From a virus (taxonomy: Duplodnaviria; Caudoviricetes), in IMG/VR virus record IMGVR_UViG_3300036797_000039, positions 1-40,136 of that record: a stretch of DNA of 40,136 nt; one strand, given 5' to 3'. The notes under the pieces were generated by a model that searched no databases, was not told where the DNA came from, and saw only the letters and a program-made list of their open reading frames with translations. The position numbers and the translations under genes were made by a program. Below, piece after piece: positions 35,912 through 40,136 of the stretch (position 1 is its first letter; each line of letters begins with the position of its first letter).

Positions 35912-36076
35912 GCCGACATTCTAAGCCGCGCCGCTCCGCCCGTCATAGCACCGCCGTAACCTTCGCAATTCCCTTCCCGACAGGCACAATGCGGACTGCG
36001 CACGCTCCAGGCTGCAGGCACTCCTCGGCCATCAAGAGGAAGCCCCGTTACCCCTGCCACATGTGTCTCTAAACCC

Positions 36077-36412
36077 ATGAAGATTGCTTTCCTAGGCCAC
36101 ACTCAGGACGTTCACGACCTGCGCCCATCGGGCGGGTATTTGACGCGCGAGGATGCGGACCGCCTGGTGCGCGAGCTCGCCGCCGAACGCGTCTCGAAAA
36201 AGAAAATCCGCGCCTTCGCTCCCGATTCCGCCTTCCGCCGCCTCGCCTCGCCGAACGCCCCGGCTCCCGCTAACAACAAACTTGGTTCCCCGGAAATACC
36301 GGGACTGCGTTTCAGTCATTGGCCTTCGCAGGCCGGGCGCTACGTGGCTGACATGCACCGCCTCGCGCTGAAGTCGTTTCAACACCAGCTGGCGAACCAG
36401 GCGACGCTGTGA
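36077..36412 (+). CDS. Hypothetical protein
   Basis: First gene of a coupled rightward series. Confidence 0.6.
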   Translation: MKIAFLGHTQDVHDLRPSGGYLTREDADRLVRELAAERVSKKKIRAFAPDSAFRRLASPNAPAPANNKLGSPEIPGLRFSHWPSQAGRYVADMHRLALKSFQHQLANQATL

Positions 36413-36681
36413 CACCGTCGGACCTTTTGCGCGACCCTGAGCTTCGAAAAGCGATCGAAGCCTACGACAACCCTAGGGGGCTGCCGGAAGGGTGGATTGT
36501 GGGGTATCTGACCCGCAATCGACTGCAACTCGCAATCGATGTCATGCGGGCTTTCGACGAGAATGCAAGAGTCGAGCGAATCAACAAGCGCTACCGTTTT
36601 GAGATCGTCGCGCTGACCTCGATCATCACGAGCCTCGCCTGGGAAGGCCTGAAGGCCCTGATGGGCCTCTTGCACCACTAG
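36409..36681 (+). CDS. Protein with C-terminal TM helix
   Basis: GTGA overlap; hydrophobic C-terminus. Confidence 0.6.
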   Translation: MTPSDLLRDPELRKAIEAYDNPRGLPEGWIVGYLTRNRLQLAIDVMRAFDENARVERINKRYRFEIVALTSIITSLAWEGLKALMGLLHH

Positions 36682-36683
36682 TC

Positions 36684-36842
36684 ATGCTCACGGAAGATCA
36701 ACGCTACGAGCGCTACAAAGCCTGGTGCCAGATGCTCGGAGTCGAGCCCGCCGGCTTTTACGTGTGGCGCAGCGCGGTCGGAAAGATCAGCGAGCGCCAC
36801 GACCCGGACCGCTTTCCCGTAGTTCTGCAGCACGCAGGATAA
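36684..36842 (+). CDS. 52-aa hypothetical protein (not in the ORF track)
   Basis: MLTEDQRYERYKAWCQMLGVEPAGFYVWR...; fills the gap between neighbours. Confidence 0.55.
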   Translation: MLTEDQRYERYKAWCQMLGVEPAGFYVWRSAVGKISERHDPDRFPVVLQHAG

Positions 36843-36848
36843 AATGCC

Positions 36849-37058
36849 GTGGTCCAACTCGTGCTCAACGATGTGTATGTGATCGGCGCAGCCGGATTTT
36901 GGCTGAATCGTTGGCGCGCGCCTCTGACGCCGGCGCCGATCGCGCTCGGCCGACGCGCGAAAATCGAACACGAAGGCATCGGCCGCTCGATCCGCGCGAA
37001 TCGCTTGCGCATTGCAACTGTGATCGATGTCGTCGTACCTGAAGAAACGTCGCTGTGA
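36849..37058 (+). CDS. Hypothetical protein
   Basis: Stop overlaps the next GTG. Confidence 0.45.
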   Translation: MVQLVLNDVYVIGAAGFWLNRWRAPLTPAPIALGRRAKIEHEGIGRSIRANRLRIATVIDVVVPEETSL

Positions 37059-37228
37059 AACTTTTGCAAATCCCGATTCGCGAGAAGCTCTTCCACGAGC
37101 TGATCGATGCCGCGGCCGAGTGCTATCAGCCGGACGAGACGCCGCGGTTAACGCCGGAGCAGTTCGCGCTCGAGGCGATCGAGACAACTCTCGCGCAGCG
37201 CCGGCTCGAACGGATCGGCGCGCTGTGA
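37055..37228 (+). CDS. Ribbon-helix-helix-like protein, 57 aa (not in the ORF track)
   Basis: MKLLQIPIREKLFHELIDAAAE..LTPEQFALEAIETTLAQ; GTGA overlaps at both ends. Confidence 0.6.
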   Translation: MKLLQIPIREKLFHELIDAAAECYQPDETPRLTPEQFALEAIETTLAQRRLERIGAL

Positions 37229-37770
37229 AAATCGCTCTCTACGCTCGCGTCTCGAAGCCGCCGAAAGGTGAGCTGAACGATCTGCAGCGCCGCGACCAGG
37301 ATCCCGAAGTGCAACTCCGCCAGTTGCGGGAGTGGGCAACAAAGAACGGGCACACGATCGTCGAAGAGTACGTCGACCGGATCTCCGGAAAAACTATTTC
37401 GCGGCCTGGCTTCGACCGCTTAATGTCGGACGCGACGCGCGGCACGCGAGACATCGAAGCCGTCGTCGTGTGGCGCCTCGATCGCTTCGGCCGATCGATG
37501 CAGCATTTGCAGAATTCGGTCGCCTCGCTCCGCGACGCGAACGTCGCATTCGTGAGCCTGAAAGAAGGCTTCGATCTCACAACCCCGATGGGTAAAGCGT
37601 TTTTCGGCATGCTCTGTGTGTTCGCCGAGTTTGAGCGCGACATCATCATCGAGCGCACGAAGGCCGGCATGGCGAATGCGCGCTCCAAGGGGCATCTACC
37701 AGGCCGCAAGGTGGATCCGTCCCGCGGCCCGAGCCGTACGACCATTTGGCGCCGCAGTCGCGCCTCTTAG
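37225..37770 (+). CDS. Small serine recombinase (resolvase/invertase family)
   Basis: IALYARVS, Q..QL, SG...RPGF, WRLDRFGRS, FAEFER..I.ERT.AG; start reassigned to GTG 37225. Confidence 0.92.
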   Translation: MKIALYARVSKPPKGELNDLQRRDQDPEVQLRQLREWATKNGHTIVEEYVDRISGKTISRPGFDRLMSDATRGTRDIEAVVVWRLDRFGRSMQHLQNSVASLRDANVAFVSLKEGFDLTTPMGKAFFGMLCVFAEFERDIIIERTKAGMANARSKGHLPGRKVDPSRGPSRTTIWRRSRAS

Positions 37771-37774
37771 CCTC

Positions 37775-37870
37775 TTGATTTTTCAGCGTTTACGCGGGTA
37801 CAGCACTGTTTCATATCGACCGTTGTGAAACATCAACGACTTACGAGGCATTTGAAACGTGTTTTTGAGC
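37775..37870. promoter_or_regulatory. Candidate res site
   Basis: AT-rich; tgtttca-N12-tgaaaca (37807-37832) and a further tgaaac at 37853. Confidence 0.45.
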
Positions 37871-37990
37871 TCGAGCTGGCCACTTTTCGCTTTTCTTACC
37901 CTCTACTTGCTCGAACCTTTCCATTTGTGACCCTCATGTTGCCAATTCTTAGCCGCGGCCGCGCGAAAGCGCGCGTTTTGGGGGTGTTTT

Positions 37991-38611
37991 GTGGCTAATA
38001 AACGCGCAGACCTTACCCCGAAGGAACAGATCTTCATCCGCGAGTATTTGATCGATGGAAACGGCACAAGGGCAGCCGTTGCAGCGGGTTACGCAGCCGC
38101 GAGCGCAGGGGTGGCGGCTTCCAAGCTGCTAAAGAAAGCTAAGGTCCGGACAGAACTAGACGGGCTCCGCGCCGGCATGTGCGAGAAGCTCGAGATCTCC
38201 GCCGAGCGCGTTCTGCAGGGCCTCGCACAGCTCGCCTGGTTCGACCCGCGGAAGTTCTATGAGAAGGAAGTCCGCGTCGAGGACGGGAAGATCGTCGAGC
38301 AGCGCGGTGCATTGAGACAAGTGATCGATCTCGACGACGCCGAGGCCTTCGCGCTCCAGGGCATCGACGTGCAAAAGCTCTTCCGGCATTACGGCAAGGG
38401 CGCCTCGGAAGAGATCGGCACGCTCACGAAAATTCGATTCGCCGATCGAGGCCTCGCCCTCGAGCGCCTCGGCCGCTACCTGAAACTATTCACCGACAAA
38501 GTGGAGCTCACTAACACCGATGCGGTGATGCAGAAGCTCAAAGAAGGCCGCGCGCGCGTCGCCGCCGCGAAGGCCGGCAAACAGATCCCAGGGAAAACCG
38601 CGACCAAGTGA
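37991..38611 (+). CDS. terS: Terminase small subunit
   Basis: LTPKEQIFIREYLIDGNGTRAAVAAGY..ASKLL..ISAERVL..ALERLGRYLKLF. Confidence 0.92.
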   Translation: MANKRADLTPKEQIFIREYLIDGNGTRAAVAAGYAAASAGVAASKLLKKAKVRTELDGLRAGMCEKLEISAERVLQGLAQLAWFDPRKFYEKEVRVEDGKIVEQRGALRQVIDLDDAEAFALQGIDVQKLFRHYGKGASEEIGTLTKIRFADRGLALERLGRYLKLFTDKVELTNTDAVMQKLKEGRARVAAAKAGKQIPGKTATK

Positions 38612-40128
38612 GCGCGGCCGCCACAATGCCGCTCGTCGTCGATCCGGATGTCGCGCTCGCCGCGGAGCTCGCGCAGTTCTATGACGACCCGCTCGGCTTC
38701 GTCATGTTCGCGTATCCGTGGGGCGTGCCTGGTACCCTGCTCGAGAACGAGACGGGACCGGATGACAATCAAAAAGAATTCTTAAACTCGATCGGGATGG
38801 AAGTCCGCGAGCGCGGCTTCGATGGCATGAATCCGGTGATGCCGATCCGGATGAGCGAGACGAGCGGACACGGCACCGGCAAAAGCGCGCAAGGCGCATG
38901 GATCACGGATTGGATCCTCTCCACGCGGCCGCACTCGATCGGCACCGTCACCGCCGGCACGTTTACACAGCTCATGGATCGCACATGGGCGGCGATCCGC
39001 TACTGGACGAAGCTCTGCGTCACGGCGCATTGGTTTGAGATCCAGGCGCGATCGATTCACCACAAGAATTATCCGGAGAGCTGGGCGGTACGCGCGCAAA
39101 CCTGCAAAGAGCAGAATGCGCAGTCGTTCGCCGGCCAGCATGCGCGCACGTCGACCTCGTGGTATTTGTTCGACGAAGCAAGCGAAGTGCCCGACAAGAT
39201 TTGGGAGACGGCCGAAGGCGGCCTCACCGACGGCGAGCCGATGATTTTCGCCTGGGGGCAGCCTGTCAGAAACAGCGGCGAATTCTACGTTATCAACTTT
39301 GGGAAGAAGGAAGTCCGGTGGAACACCCGCCGCGTCGACTCACGCACGAGCCGTTTTACGAGTCAAGAGCTTATCAAACAGTGGCTCACGGATTGGGGAC
39401 CGGACAGCGACTTTTGCAAGGTTCGAATCTTCGGGCAGCCGCCATCGGCGAGCGAGCTTCAGTACATCGACCGCGCGCGCATCGAGGCAGCTCGTAAACG
39501 GCGCGCAGCAGTGCTCGGCGACGAGCCGCTCGTCGCCGGCTTCGACGTTTCAGGCGGCGGCACAGCCTGGAACGTGATTCGATTCCGCCGCGGCCTCGAC
39601 GGCAATCCGACCGACGCGAGCGGGCAACCGATCTTGCCGATCCGGATCCCAGGCGAGCACGATCCCGAGCGATCGCAGCGCGTCGGAATATGCGCCGAGC
39701 TCTTGAAAGATCGCCGGCCAGGCCGGCAGCTCGCCGCGATCTTCATCGACGCGGCCTTCGGAGCTCCGATCGCCGTGCGCCTCAAAGGCCTCGGCTTTGA
39801 CAATGTTTACGAGGTTAACTTCGGCGGCGCGAGCCCCGACGCGCATTTTCTCAACATGCGCGCGTATATGTACGGCAAGGCGAAAGAGTGGCTGCTCCTC
39901 GGCTCGCTTCCCGATGACGATCTTCTCTGCGACCAGCTCGCCGTACCCGGCTACCACATCAACAATTCCGGAAAGCTCGTCATCGAGTCGAAGGAAAGCA
40001 TTATCGGCCGCGGCGAGAAATCGCCCGACGACGCCGACTCGTTTGTGCTGACCTGGGCGCTCTCTGTGGCACCGCCGAAGAAGTCGAGCCGGCCGGCAGG
40101 ACCGAAACGTCATTCCGCCTGGGGTTAA
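38608..40128 (+). CDS. terL: Terminase large subunit
   Basis: SGHGTGKS Walker A, LFDEAS Walker B; nuclease motifs GFDVSGGG and SPDDAD. Confidence 0.95.
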   Translation: MSAAATMPLVVDPDVALAAELAQFYDDPLGFVMFAYPWGVPGTLLENETGPDDNQKEFLNSIGMEVRERGFDGMNPVMPIRMSETSGHGTGKSAQGAWITDWILSTRPHSIGTVTAGTFTQLMDRTWAAIRYWTKLCVTAHWFEIQARSIHHKNYPESWAVRAQTCKEQNAQSFAGQHARTSTSWYLFDEASEVPDKIWETAEGGLTDGEPMIFAWGQPVRNSGEFYVINFGKKEVRWNTRRVDSRTSRFTSQELIKQWLTDWGPDSDFCKVRIFGQPPSASELQYIDRARIEAARKRRAAVLGDEPLVAGFDVSGGGTAWNVIRFRRGLDGNPTDASGQPILPIRIPGEHDPERSQRVGICAELLKDRRPGRQLAAIFIDAAFGAPIAVRLKGLGFDNVYEVNFGGASPDAHFLNMRAYMYGKAKEWLLLGSLPDDDLLCDQLAVPGYHINNSGKLVIESKESIIGRGEKSPDDADSFVLTWALSVAPPKKSSRPAGPKRHSAWG

Positions 40129-40136
40129 ACCGCCAT
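40010..40136. repeat. Terminal overlap, copy 2
   Basis: Identical to 1-127. Confidence 0.97.

Noticed and set aside
37027-37770. Serine integrase, or a 247-aa recombinase as in the ORF track
   Set aside because: No large recombinase/zinc-ribbon domains; the N-terminal extension overlaps an RHH-like gene in another frame.
1-40136. Alternative genetic code or tRNA genes
   Set aside because: Core genes are full length in the standard code, all three stop codons are used, and no cloverleaf was noticed by eye.

Overview
This window is a complete, circularly assembled GC-rich tailed-phage genome of about 40,009 bp; bases 1-127 repeat exactly at 40010-40136. The morphogenesis module is P22-like (podovirus): terS/terL, portal, scaffold, coat, head-tail adaptor, gp10-like hub, gp14-like GNAT, three ejection proteins and tailspike/fibre genes. 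It is followed by a lysis cassette with a Tlde1/L,D-transpeptidase-like enzyme and a holin. The rest carries an Acb2/Tad1-like sponge candidate, a stand-alone iteron origin, a wHTH initiator with a predicted antisense RNA, a radical SAM gene, an HNH, an AAA_24/Sak4-like ATPase, a divergent promoter/operator switch and a small serine resolvase. No integrase, DNA polymerase, tRNA, RT or CRISPR was seen. Two features stand out. (1) Four, possibly five, small genes inside the head operon each encode a different fragment of a P22-type major capsid protein; two are fused to twin-arginine (Tat) signal peptides, and both antisense cassettes have their own predicted leaderless promoters. (2) The putative decoration, tailspike and tail-fibre proteins carry Sec signal peptides with Gln at +1 and even cysteine counts, suggesting periplasmic maturation of virion appendages. 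Family assignments come from motif recognition by eye, not database searches. The host is unknown; a diderm, possibly Acidobacteriota, is a weak inference.
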